Source: an uncultured Chryseobacterium sp. (lineage in GTDB: Bacteria > Bacteroidota > Bacteroidia > Palsa-965). Taken from it: 64,000 nucleotides of DNA. The notes beneath the pieces were generated by a model that was given only the letters and a program-made list of their open reading frames with translations, had not been told where the DNA came from and did no database searches. The DNA is taken from NCBI GenBank assembly GCA_966211705.1, contig CBIHOC010000010.1, forward strand, positions 8,339 through 72,338, given 5' to 3'. Position numbers and translations under genes: made by a program. Numbering within the stretch: the first letter of the stretch is position 1; every line of letters starts with the position of its first letter. Shown one piece after another: positions 39,262 through 48,086 of the stretch.

Positions 39262-39823
39262 CATGGAAAAGTTATACTTCGAACTCACACCTTGTGAGCA
39301 TCCATATGCAAATGAACCCAGCTCAAAAGCTGATGCCTGGAGTATAATTGCAATGAAGCACCTTTCTCTAGGTAAAGCTCATGCTATTTTTGAATGGCAA
39401 TGGGATGCCTTTCCGGTACTTGAGTGGTTTTTTACAACTAAGGAAGCTATGCTAACAGAAAACTTTCCATTTAATACGATTGAAGGAAGGTGTATTGCGG
39501 AGTGCAGGACGAAGCTGTATGCCTATGATTCATTTTTAAACGAGAAGGAAGAAGACGATTACCTCCTCAGCTTAGAAAACTATTTTTCAAAACACAGCTT
39601 TACGCTTCCGGGCACTCCTTTGCCGTTATTTTATATCGGCTTATTCAAGGGCAAAGGCGACATCTCTTTTTACAATTCAACAAATGAGCTTGAATACTAT
39701 TCCTTTAATATGCCATCGTTTATTAACGACACGGAAGAAACTATTAATATTTTTCTTATGGAATGGAAAAAGGAGTACGCACGGGATCTGGGATTAGAGA
39801 GATTAGCAACCATACTTAAATAA
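39251..39823 (+). CDS. Hypothetical protein, 190 aa. Probable cognate immunity protein.
   Basis: Overlaps the toxin stop. AT-rich. Followed by the cassette repeat. Confidence 0.5.
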   Translation: MVGDMEKLYFELTPCEHPYANEPSSKADAWSIIAMKHLSLGKAHAIFEWQWDAFPVLEWFFTTKEAMLTENFPFNTIEGRCIAECRTKLYAYDSFLNEKEEDDYLLSLENYFSKHSFTLPGTPLPLFYIGLFKGKGDISFYNSTNELEYYSFNMPSFINDTEETINIFLMEWKKEYARDLGLERLATILK

Positions 39824-39870
39824 CAGGGCTGAATACAGCGAAGTAAGCGGGAAGGGATGCAGACTCGATT

Positions 39871-39995
39871 TTCACTCAGGCAGGCGCCGCGGGAAAACAG
39901 CATGCGATTAGAATCGCATGTTTTGGTATGAAGTTACGAACGGCTTTCCCGAAAATCAATTTTAATTTTCAGCACACGAGCAGAGTGAAAAGGTC
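39871..39995 (+). repeat. Cassette-boundary intergenic repeat, plus-orientation copy 1.
   Basis: ttcactcaggcaggcgccgcgggaaaacagcatgcgattagaatcgcatgttttggtatgaagttacgaacggctttcccgaaaatcaattttaattttcagcacacg, with an internal near-palindrome. Confidence 0.75.
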
Positions 39996-40001
39996 GGTTA
40001 C

Positions 40002-40976
40002 GTGATCGGCTACCTCATCCCCGAGATCATCATCGCCGTGTTTAGCGGCACCATCGTGAACTGGATCAAAGGCGGCGTGAAAGCGCTGCAGGTTTTCGGC
40101 TCGGCGCTCAAAGGCCTCAAAGCCATCAAGGCGCTCATGAACGGCGCGCGCGGCGTGATGAATGCTTTTGAGAAAATGGGCCGCCTGTTCAAGGCCCTTG
40201 GCAGCAAGATCGGCGGCGCACTCGGCAAGGCGTTCGACAATGTGATGGATTTCTTCAAAGGGATTTTGAAATGGGGCGATGAGGCGCCGGCGGTTGCGGT
40301 GGATGATGTGCATGCGCCGCATGACCGGACGCCGGATGGGCCGGATGGGAAGAAGAATAAGAATGATCGTGATGATAATGAGTCAAAAGCAGCGGAACTG
40401 CTAAAGGCAAAAGCAATCTTAGAGTTTAATAATAAAAGTGGAAATTTAGGATTATTAAAGACGCAGCTTTCAGTCTTAGATTTTCGTTCTGATTTAATTA
40501 AACGATTTGAATATCGGCCTGATGGAGACGATGTGAATGTTTACATGATTGCCAGTGAAAATTATGTAGGAAAATATTCTGTCAGAGCACGTAGGAGCAA
40601 TCCGAATTCTCCAAAAAGGACAATTAAACACAAAGGAATAGATCATACGGGAGGAAGGATAGTAAAAAAGACTAAAACAAAAGTAGATTATATAATGAAG
40701 GACAGCTCAGAAGCAATGAATTGGGCAAGAAAACAACTTGGACATAATACAAAAAAAATATATGAAAATGGGAAACTAGTAGGCTGGGAAAATGTAACAA
40801 ATGGCAATAAGGTAAAATGGGGGCATTATGATTGGTACCAAGGAGGTGGTTCGTCAAACTTTCCACATCTAAACTATGAGTTCAATGGGAGTAAACTGAA
40901 AGGGCATTTATTTCTTGAAGATAAAATTCATAATACAGGCCTAATGGATGATTTTATTGCGTATTTTGATCTTTAA
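40002..40976 (+). CDS. Orphan toxin C-terminal cassette, 324 aa. Begins with the conserved junction segment, then a distinct AT-rich C-terminal toxin domain.
   Basis: First about 115 aa (GYLIPEIIIAVFSG...WGDEAPA) are near-identical to residues about 574-690 of the 36625-39261 product, then diverge. Confidence 0.55.
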   Translation: MIGYLIPEIIIAVFSGTIVNWIKGGVKALQVFGSALKGLKAIKALMNGARGVMNAFEKMGRLFKALGSKIGGALGKAFDNVMDFFKGILKWGDEAPAVAVDDVHAPHDRTPDGPDGKKNKNDRDDNESKAAELLKAKAILEFNNKSGNLGLLKTQLSVLDFRSDLIKRFEYRPDGDDVNVYMIASENYVGKYSVRARRSNPNSPKRTIKHKGIDHTGGRIVKKTKTKVDYIMKDSSEAMNWARKQLGHNTKKIYENGKLVGWENVTNGNKVKWGHYDWYQGGGSSNFPHLNYEFNGSKLKGHLFLEDKIHNTGLMDDFIAYFDL

Positions 40977-40979
40977 ATA

Positions 40980-41396
40980 TTGTCCATGGATATCTCATCA
41001 ATAATTCCGAAGAGCGGAGACTCCATTCTTATGGCAACTTCGTGGAATATGGGTATTCTCCATATTGAATTAACACTGGGAGAAACAGATGAGCGTATAC
41101 ATTTATCTATAGCAACAGATCGGGTCTTTTTTTCGCCAAAAGTGTATGATAGCGGATCTGATAAGACATGCTTTATTGAATTTAAGCTCCTTGAAGAAAT
41201 AATCCCGCCACAAAACACACTATATCTTCCACCTTCGGATTTTCATTTACTCATGGAGCAAATCAATAATCAGTTTCATATTGCATATGGGCTTAAAAAG
41301 AGCGAATATGGTTATTTTTTTTCCCTCAGAGGTTATCAAAGACTGGTGGCTTGTGTTATTAAAAACCACAATGATATAAAGGTGTCTGGGATTTAA
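40980..41396 (+). CDS. Hypothetical protein, 138 aa. Probable immunity protein for the orphan cassette.
   Basis: Starts 4 bp after the cassette stop. AT-rich. Confidence 0.5.
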   Translation: MSMDISSIIPKSGDSILMATSWNMGILHIELTLGETDERIHLSIATDRVFFSPKVYDSGSDKTCFIEFKLLEEIIPPQNTLYLPPSDFHLLMEQINNQFHIAYGLKKSEYGYFFSLRGYQRLVACVIKNHNDIKVSGI

Positions 41397-41405
41397 AAAT
41401 AGTGC

Positions 41406-41520
41406 TTTTCACTCAGGAATGCGCCGCGGGAAAACAGATTATAATCGCATGTTTTGGTATGAAGTTACGAACGATTTTCCCGAAAATCAATTTTAATTTT
41501 TCGCACACGACTAGGGCGAA
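41406..41520 (+). repeat. Cassette-boundary intergenic repeat, plus-orientation copy 2.
   Basis: ttttcactcaggaatgcgccgcgggaaaacagattataatcgcatgttttggtatgaagttacgaacgattttcccgaaaatcaattttaatttttcgcacacg. Confidence 0.75.
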
Positions 41521-41691
41521 ATGCTCGGCAAAGCCATCGGCTACCTCATCCCGGAGATCATCATCGCCGTGTTCACCGGCACCATCGTGAATCGCCTTTT
41601 ACCCACAAAAGGCTACCGGAAACCAAATGAAAAATGTGTTTGGACGCGGAGAAATGCTCGAAACTATAAATGTCTTAAAAGCATACGCTAA
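41521..41691 (+). pseudogene. Truncated orphan cassette remnant: a 56-aa ORF retaining only the junction motif (MLGKAIGYLIPEIIIAVFTGTIVN) before diverging and stopping.
   Basis: Homology to the junction segment for about 25 codons, then unrelated sequence and a stop. The downstream small ORF at 41627-41791 is in a different frame. Confidence 0.45.
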
Positions 41692-41787
41692 ATCCCAAGG
41701 GTTTGCTAAATTGCGAATACAATGGATAAGGGCACAAAAGAGTTCTTCTGCTAACCCGGGGCATTCTTTTGACAAAACATTTGATTT

Positions 41788-42045
41788 ATGACAAGTCCGA
41801 ATTTCATAACCTTTGTAAAACAACATTATTCGCCTGAGGCGAATAATATTGAAGAAGTTATCCTTGGTTTGAAAACCATTGGAGCCTCACAAATGCTGAG
41901 CGTAAAAGCGCTTATGACTGCATTGGGTTTGTCCTTGAAAGAAGCGGATCATTTAGTTATCAACTCAGAAGCATGGAAAGAGCGCAAGGAAGACGTCGAG
42001 CGTTTCAGGAATGACCTTGGAGAGTTTCTTGAAAATTTAGAATAA
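41788..42045 (+). CDS. Hypothetical protein, 85 aa. Possible orphan immunity gene.
   Basis: Small ORF between the truncated cassette and the next repeat copy. Confidence 0.35.
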   Translation: MTSPNFITFVKQHYSPEANNIEEVILGLKTIGASQMLSVKALMTALGLSLKEADHLVINSEAWKERKEDVERFRNDLGEFLENLE

Positions 42046-42153
42046 TAATGGGCGTTGTCAGGAACAGGGGGCGTTGTTAAGAATTACTTCCTGACGACTC
42101 CATTTTTTTGTCGGAAAATACGATTGCAAATCAACCCTATAATCCTCTGTCCC

Positions 42154-42272
42154 TTTTCACTCAGGAATGTGCCGCGGGAAAACAGATTATAATCGCATGT
42201 TTTGGTATGAAGTTACGAACGATTTTCCCTGGAAGTCAATTCTGATTTCCACCTGCGAGCAGGGCGAAATAG
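42154..42272 (+). repeat. Cassette-boundary intergenic repeat, plus-orientation copy 3, here preceding a full-length toxin gene.
   Basis: ttttcactcaggaatgtgccgcgggaaaacagattataatcgcatgttttggtatgaagttacgaacgattttccctggaagtcaattctgatttccacctgcgagcagggcgaaatag. Confidence 0.75.
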
Positions 42273-42312
42273 TTTTTATATTAATTCAATTAACCCCTAA
42301 CCCCTGATCCCT

Positions 42313-45096
42313 ATGTTCGCTGAACCGCAGCAGAAGAACGTATCACAATTGCAATCGCCGCAGTCGCAATCGCCCCACATCCAGCCGAAGCTGGAAGTGG
42401 GCGCCAAAGACGACCCGCAGGAGAAAGAAGCAGATGCCGTCGCCGACTCGGTGATGCGCATGAGCGAAAGTTCCGGCGCTGCAGGCGATGCAACCGGCGT
42501 AAAGGCGCAGCAGGAAAGCCCCATGGCCCGCCTGCTGCGCCGCCATCCCGACGCGCCCCGCCCGCAAATCATCCACCGTTTGGCCGACGCGCCGAAAGCC
42601 CTGCCTGTTCAACGCGCGCCCGCAGCGATACAAGGCCCCGCATCGCCTGCCCTCCGCAAAAAAGAAGACGAAGAAAACGCCATTGCGAAAGCGCCGGAGC
42701 ATGGCGCGATCCTGCGAATGCACGATGCAGACGAAGAAACGGTGCAGAAGAAAGAGGACGAGGAAAGCGTGATGAAGATGGACGACGAGGAAGGTCTGCA
42801 GAAGAAAGAGGATGAAGAGAGCGTGATGAAAATGGACGACGGCGGAAAAGGCGGCACCGCTCCGGCTGCTGTCGAGCAAGGCATTCAGTCCGGCAAAGGC
42901 CAGGGAAACCCGCTCCCTGAAAATGTACAGCAGGACATCGGCGGAAAGATGGGCGCGGATTTGAGTGATGTGCGTGTGCATACGGGAAGCAACGCGCATG
43001 AGATGTCCACCGCGATCAACGCGAAAGCGTTCACGCACGGGCAGGATGTGTATTTCAAGAACGGAAATTATGATACCTCGAGCAGTTCGGGGAAGAAGTT
43101 ATTGACGCACGAGCTGACGCATACGCAGCAGCAGTCCGCCCGCGGCGGAGGCGGGATGAACAGGAAGATCCAGCGGTTCGAATCTAACGAGCACCGGAAA
43201 ATGGGCGATGAAGGCTCGGGAGGAAAACAGATCGTTTTATCACCTTATTTCACGATTTCATATGGCGATATGACGGCTCTTGCCGGAGATTGGTTCGGCT
43301 CTGTAGAAGAAATCACCGAGTTGGCTAAAAAGCGGGGTAAAGTTACATTCGGCAAAACAGTTGAGGATATACTCTCTTATGGAAATAAGTATCAGTATTT
43401 CAACCAACCCGGTACAGTTGATGAGATCAAATATGCTGTTGTTGTCGGCATACACGGGAAAACGAATTATAAAAATATTTTTGGTGCCGAGGTTCCTAAG
43501 AAAGTGGATGCCCGGGCTAAACTTTTATTGCAACGGAACTGGGACCATTTTACAAATCCCAGGGCCGGGGATGCTCAGCTGGCCCATAAGGATAAGCTTA
43601 ACCTGAGAGAAAATGATTTTCCTCTGAATAATGCGACGGCATATAGAGATAATCATGAAAGAGCAATACAGGAAGCGGTCAAGGCCGGGAAAAATAACAG
43701 CGGCTTGAATACAGCAATGTTATATGAATCGTTCGCCAGCCATTTTTTAACAGATGCTTATGCCTCGGGGCACATACGGGCAGAACGATTCGATATTGCA
43801 AAATATTGGAATGAGAAATACCCCATGTTTTATTTTAATATGCTGCGCTGGATAGCTGAAAAAATGGCGCAACATATTCAAAAAAACAAATACTACGGAC
43901 TCACTAAGCATTTTGTTTTCGGGCAGGTTGTTGATACGCTCAACGAGATGCTGGGTAGTGATCCTGAAACTTTATTGGGAGATATTATCGGGGGGGCAAT
44001 TCATGATCTCGACAATAAACGTGGTGTTGCTTCAAAAGTAGATAAAGCACAAAAAGCGGTTCGGTTGTTTGGAGATGGCCAGGTGCTGGACGACCAGGAC
44101 AGGCTGCTGGCCCAGGGCATGGAAACGTTTAATCTGGTTACTGCGGCAGTAAAAGTCAGTCTTAAAGATATTACTGCAGCTTACGAAAAAGGGAAAAACG
44201 GGCAGGATGTCAACAGCGTCTTAAAATCGCTTCAAACAAAAGATCTGTACAAAGCCGAACAACTATGGCCAGCAGCGGTAAGCGACACCGACCCGTTGCA
44301 GAAGGAATCTCCAGCCGTCAAATGGAAAGCTGACACTTACGAAAAACTGATTGAGCTGGCGGATGTCAAGGACGCTATCAAATTGCTCCTGGACGAAAAG
44401 ACAAAGACGATCAAGGACTCCGTCACTTTCGACGAGGATTATAAAAAAACGGCTTTCGAAGAAAGTGTAGTAACCAATCTCCAGGGAGATGCAGGTATTG
44501 AATCATTGAAACAAATCATCCATTATTACCCTGGGATTATATTAGACCTCAGCGGATTCTTCGGTTCAGATGACGACGATGAAGCATATGACTATTATAA
44601 AGAAACGAAAGACAGAAGTGCATTAGGCTCGCTGACAAGCAAACAACGCGAAGGCCTTATTAAAAAAGCATTGAGCGGTCCAACTGTCGGTGATGACGAC
44701 GTCATGATTGCCGATATCCTGAGCAATACACCAGAGGCTGATGTATATGATATAATTACCGGGCTCGATGAGGATGGCTATACCGGATGGGCCTGGATAT
44801 ATGACGATTTGTCGGGGCAAGAATTAGAAGATGTAATCCGTAAAGCCGGACCTGCCTATTGGAAACAAGCCACGTTCGATGAAAAATGGAATGAATGCTA
44901 CAGGATGATCGGGATAACCAATGTTTATTTTCCGGGCATCGCTTCTCTTTCTGACTTCGAAAACAAGGTTGTTATGGTTATTTTACGATCGGATAAGACC
45001 AAGATTGAGAACCAGCTTCTGAATGTCGATTTCCAGTTTGAGAAAGTGCTTAAGAGTGCATATAAATACGAAATAAGAGAGCTTGTTACTCCCTGA
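42313..45096 (+). CDS. DUF4157 N-terminal domain toxin, 927 aa, with a large distinct C-terminal domain. Paralog of 36625-39261.
   Basis: N-terminal ~270 aa are near-identical to those of 36625-39261, including HExxH. Sequence downstream of about 43133 is unrelated and AT-richer. Confidence 0.75.
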   Translation: MFAEPQQKNVSQLQSPQSQSPHIQPKLEVGAKDDPQEKEADAVADSVMRMSESSGAAGDATGVKAQQESPMARLLRRHPDAPRPQIIHRLADAPKALPVQRAPAAIQGPASPALRKKEDEENAIAKAPEHGAILRMHDADEETVQKKEDEESVMKMDDEEGLQKKEDEESVMKMDDGGKGGTAPAAVEQGIQSGKGQGNPLPENVQQDIGGKMGADLSDVRVHTGSNAHEMSTAINAKAFTHGQDVYFKNGNYDTSSSSGKKLLTHELTHTQQQSARGGGGMNRKIQRFESNEHRKMGDEGSGGKQIVLSPYFTISYGDMTALAGDWFGSVEEITELAKKRGKVTFGKTVEDILSYGNKYQYFNQPGTVDEIKYAVVVGIHGKTNYKNIFGAEVPKKVDARAKLLLQRNWDHFTNPRAGDAQLAHKDKLNLRENDFPLNNATAYRDNHERAIQEAVKAGKNNSGLNTAMLYESFASHFLTDAYASGHIRAERFDIAKYWNEKYPMFYFNMLRWIAEKMAQHIQKNKYYGLTKHFVFGQVVDTLNEMLGSDPETLLGDIIGGAIHDLDNKRGVASKVDKAQKAVRLFGDGQVLDDQDRLLAQGMETFNLVTAAVKVSLKDITAAYEKGKNGQDVNSVLKSLQTKDLYKAEQLWPAAVSDTDPLQKESPAVKWKADTYEKLIELADVKDAIKLLLDEKTKTIKDSVTFDEDYKKTAFEESVVTNLQGDAGIESLKQIIHYYPGIILDLSGFFGSDDDDEAYDYYKETKDRSALGSLTSKQREGLIKKALSGPTVGDDDVMIADILSNTPEADVYDIITGLDEDGYTGWAWIYDDLSGQELEDVIRKAGPAYWKQATFDEKWNECYRMIGITNVYFPGIASLSDFENKVVMVILRSDKTKIENQLLNVDFQFEKVLKSAYKYEIRELVTP

Positions 45097-45150
45097 AAAA
45101 CGCGAAAGAATATCTCAAAATAGCTACATTGAAAAACAAATCCGGTTAAA

Positions 45151-45621
45151 ATGAAATGGCTGATTTCTTTGTTTGTTGTTTTAATAGGCGTTGGCCTGTT
45201 ATATGCACCGGTTGCTTCCGTTAAACGGGACACTATTGATATTTCTTTCAAGGGGATAACTCAAAAAACCTATCCCGGTACAGTAACTGTATCCGGTAAA
45301 AAAATACTTAACGATTGGCCCTCTGCAGCACTTGTGATTTTCTCCCTGTTTTTGCCCTTGCTCCTCCAGGTCCAGGGATTATTCTTTTCCGAACAATCAT
45401 GGAATATCCTCCGTTTTCTTTTACTTTTTGAGCTGCTGATTGCCCTGGCCGGTATTTTTTCCACCTGGCTCTCCATCGAAACGATACTGATGGTCTCATC
45501 CGGCACATGGCGCTGGGGACGTTACGCGCTGTTGTTCATCGAAACGTTTTATGCTGTCGTTTTACTTTTACTGGTGACCCCTGCAGGTAGAAATCTGCGT
45601 ACACTGTTGCTTTATCGTTAG
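45151..45621 (+). CDS. Hypothetical polytopic membrane protein, 156 aa. Probable immunity protein.
   Basis: Four or five hydrophobic helices (LISLFVVLIGVGLLY...). Immediately downstream of the toxin. Confidence 0.5.
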   Translation: MKWLISLFVVLIGVGLLYAPVASVKRDTIDISFKGITQKTYPGTVTVSGKKILNDWPSAALVIFSLFLPLLLQVQGLFFSEQSWNILRFLLLFELLIALAGIFSTWLSIETILMVSSGTWRWGRYALLFIETFYAVVLLLLVTPAGRNLRTLLLYR

Positions 45622-45622
45622 T

Positions 45623-45706
45623 CTTTTCACTCAGGAATGCGCCGCGGGAAAACAGCATGCGATTATAATCGCATGTTTTGATATGAAGTTACGAACGGCT
45701 TTCCCC
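45623..45706 (+). repeat. Cassette-boundary repeat, plus-orientation copy 4. Its 3' part is deleted so the repeat is fused directly to junction-motif coding sequence.
   Basis: cttttcactcaggaatgcgccgcgggaaaacagcatgcgattataatcgcatgttttgatatgaagttacgaacggctttccc runs straight into ccgagatcatcatcgccgtg. Confidence 0.7.
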
Positions 45707-45953
45707 CGAGATCATCATCGCCGTGTTTAGCGGCACCATCGTGAACTGGATCAAAGGCGGCGTGAAAGCGCTGCAGGTTTTCGGCTCGGCGCTCAAAGGC
45801 CTCAAAGCCATCAAGGCGCTCATGAACGGCGCGCGCGGCGTGATGAATGCTTTTGAGAAAATGGGCCGCCTGTTCAAGGTCCTGGGCAGCAGGATGAGCA
45901 AACTGTATGGAATGTACAGACCGAATGCCCGTTATTTATCAACAAATCCTTGA
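45706..45953 (+). pseudogene. Start-codon-less orphan toxin cassette fragment (PEIIIAVFSGTIVNWIKGG...KMGRLFKVLGSRMSKLYGMYRPNARYLSTNP).
   Basis: In-frame homology to the junction segment begins inside the repeat with no upstream ATG. About 60 aa identical to 36625-39261, then a short divergent tail. Confidence 0.5.
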
Positions 45954-46004
45954 CTTTGCTGAAATTATTCATAACTTATGTATCATTTTTAACCCTTACG
46001 CAAT

Positions 46005-47540
46005 ATGTTCCAGCACAAAACAATGAACAGGCCCGGCGATAGTCCGGTTTCCCTGAATTATGCCCGGCTGACGCAAGACGATAACCGGCTTACGCCCGGA
46101 ACCACGACCAACGCCGCTGCCGATAAAATGGACGAGGAGAAAAGCATGAATGCTTCGTACAACATGGCCGACGACGAGAAAACAATGAACGCGGCCGGAA
46201 GCATGGATGAAGAGAAAACAATGAACGCGGCCGGAAGCATGGATGAAGAGAAAACAATGAATGCCGCAACCGGAAGCATGGAGGAAGAAAAATCCATGAA
46301 TGCCGCAACCGGAAGCATGGAGGAAGAAAAATCCATGAACGCCGCCGGGGAGAAAGACGAAGAAAAAAGCATGAACGCTTCGTATTCCGCAAACATGGCC
46401 GACGACGAAAAGACCATGAACGCGGCGGGAAGCTCGATGGACGAAGAGAAATCGATGAACGCCGGCGGAGATAAAATGGATGAAGAGAAAAGCATGAATG
46501 CGGCGGGAAAAATGGATGAAGAGAAAAGCATGAATGCCGCCAGCGATAAAGTGGAAGACCTGAACCAGTCAAAGGGTAAGCCGGCCGGCAAAGCGTTTGG
46601 CAGTTCCGGATCGGCGATCAAAAGTGCGGGCAGGGCAATCGGGCTTATCGGGGCAAATTATCTTGCCGCTTCCAGGATAAAAGCATCCATCGCGCCTGTC
46701 GACGGGAAGTTCGGCAAGGCAGGCGTGAAGCGCATTCCCCCGCGCGTGGATACGGACGTGGCCGTTAAAGTTACGGGCATACCGGAAGGATCAAAGGGAT
46801 TGTTCTTTAAGGTCAACCAGGTGGATGGAAACAATGACGGTACGGTAACGGTCAACGGGCAGACTTCCGTTTATATCAAAAACGATCAAACGCTGAAGCT
46901 GCGCGGGAACAAACAGACGGAGCCGGGACACGCCTCGCACCTTTGCCTGGCAGGTGCTTATAACGGGATAAACGTCGCCTACAGCAATCATTTTTCCGTA
47001 GCCGCTTTCCCGGAAAGCATCGAATCGACGACCGTTTCCCCGCACTATGCATCCGGGCCGAACTATGTACACATGGGTGGAATTTACAACCTGCCGTCGA
47101 AATCGGATTCAGGCGTAGACACCGACCTCGGCAAGACCTGGATTTCTGAAAGTGTGAGCGTTGCTTCGAAATCGGGGGTGTTTGCGACCTCAACGGAATC
47201 GAATACGGGCTTTATGAGACCTTCTCCTCACTTCGATCATAACATCTCCAAATTCGGCGACAGCGCGCAGGGTTTGAAAGCGGGCTTAAACACCGGCAAC
47301 CTGATCGCTTCCGAAAAAACCAATCACCAGTGTTTTTATTTCGCCTGCGACCGTACCGGTATCACAACGAACCTTGCTACTGCGCCGCTCATCCCTAAGT
47401 CGGGATTCAAACTGAAACGCACTTTTTCCAAAGTAGGTAACCGCACGTATTTCCATATTTCCCGTTCCTCACTGGCCGTCGGAAATGCAACAGGCGCTTC
47501 GGTGGCGACCGCATCACCCGGAAGCATTGAACTTATTTAA
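46005..47540 (+). CDS. Hypothetical protein, 511 aa. N-terminal about 150 aa consist of about 12 tandem acidic repeats (M/A)DEEK(S/T)MNAAG, followed by a globular C-terminal domain.
   Basis: Obvious about 33-39-bp tandem nucleotide repeats at about 46130-46545. The C-terminal domain is not recognised. Confidence 0.55.
   Translation: MFQHKTMNRPGDSPVSLNYARLTQDDNRLTPGTTTNAAADKMDEEKSMNASYNMADDEKTMNAAGSMDEEKTMNAAGSMDEEKTMNAATGSMEEEKSMNAATGSMEEEKSMNAAGEKDEEKSMNASYSANMADDEKTMNAAGSSMDEEKSMNAGGDKMDEEKSMNAAGKMDEEKSMNAASDKVEDLNQSKGKPAGKAFGSSGSAIKSAGRAIGLIGANYLAASRIKASIAPVDGKFGKAGVKRIPPRVDTDVAVKVTGIPEGSKGLFFKVNQVDGNNDGTVTVNGQTSVYIKNDQTLKLRGNKQTEPGHASHLCLAGAYNGINVAYSNHFSVAAFPESIESTTVSPHYASGPNYVHMGGIYNLPSKSDSGVDTDLGKTWISESVSVASKSGVFATSTESNTGFMRPSPHFDHNISKFGDSAQGLKAGLNTGNLIASEKTNHQCFYFACDRTGITTNLATAPLIPKSGFKLKRTFSKVGNRTYFHISRSSLAVGNATGASVATASPGSIELI
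46130..46545 (+). repeat. About 36-bp tandem repeat array inside the CDS, encoding the MDEEKSMNAAG units.
   Basis: Repeating atggatgaagagaaaa(c/g)(a/c)atgaa(c/t)gc(g/c)gc(c/g)gg... units. Confidence 0.7.
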
Positions 47541-47545
47541 ACAAT

Positions 47546-48055
47546 ATGCCGCTCTTTTCGCCTGGAATGTTTCGCATAAGCTTCAATACCTTTTTCTCTT
47601 TGAGGAATTTGTCATTAGGCATGCTGTTCCTTTTTTATTCATGCACGAATGAAAACCAGGCGGCCGAACCAGGAATGAATGAACCGAAGATGGAGTTAAA
47701 TGTCAAAATGGAGAACCAGGGCCTTTTTGACAGCGATACTGTTAACATGAGCGCCCATGTCATCAATAGGTCGTCTGAGCCGATTACGATCCTGGGAAGC
47801 CAAGTGGTGCCTTCATTTGAATCTACAAGCTGGAAAAGGAACGATATGAACGTAACTAATTATAACGGTCCCGCAACCTCCCTCGTCGCTCCCGGGGATT
47901 CTGCTTATTTCGGCTATCAGTTGAATGAGTTCTTTGATAACATTCCCCCCGGCCAAAGCACACTTACTGTTAAACTTAACGTCTTTCATGAAGGCAGGAC
48001 TAATCCGGTAATGCTTTCAGACCAAATAACCGTATTGGTGAAGAATTCAGAATAA
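47546..48055 (+). CDS. Putative lipoprotein, 169 aa. Paralog of the next gene.
   Basis: Signal/lipobox-like LFLFYSC. Shared motif Y.GP...L.PGDS.Y..Y.L..FF...PG...L...L.......P..LSD...V..K with 48087-48545. Confidence 0.5.
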   Translation: MPLFSPGMFRISFNTFFSLRNLSLGMLFLFYSCTNENQAAEPGMNEPKMELNVKMENQGLFDSDTVNMSAHVINRSSEPITILGSQVVPSFESTSWKRNDMNVTNYNGPATSLVAPGDSAYFGYQLNEFFDNIPPGQSTLTVKLNVFHEGRTNPVMLSDQITVLVKNSE

Positions 48056-48086
48056 CCTTTCCTTTCCCCATCGAATCCGTTTAAAC

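Noticed and set aside
39871-45706. Interpreting the about 100-bp repeats as IS-element inverted repeats or a MITE.
   Set aside because: All copies sit in the same orientation as local transcription, are not paired around a transposase, and show no flanking target-site duplications. A cassette-boundary, regulatory or recombination role fits better. A REP/MITE-like origin cannot be fully excluded.
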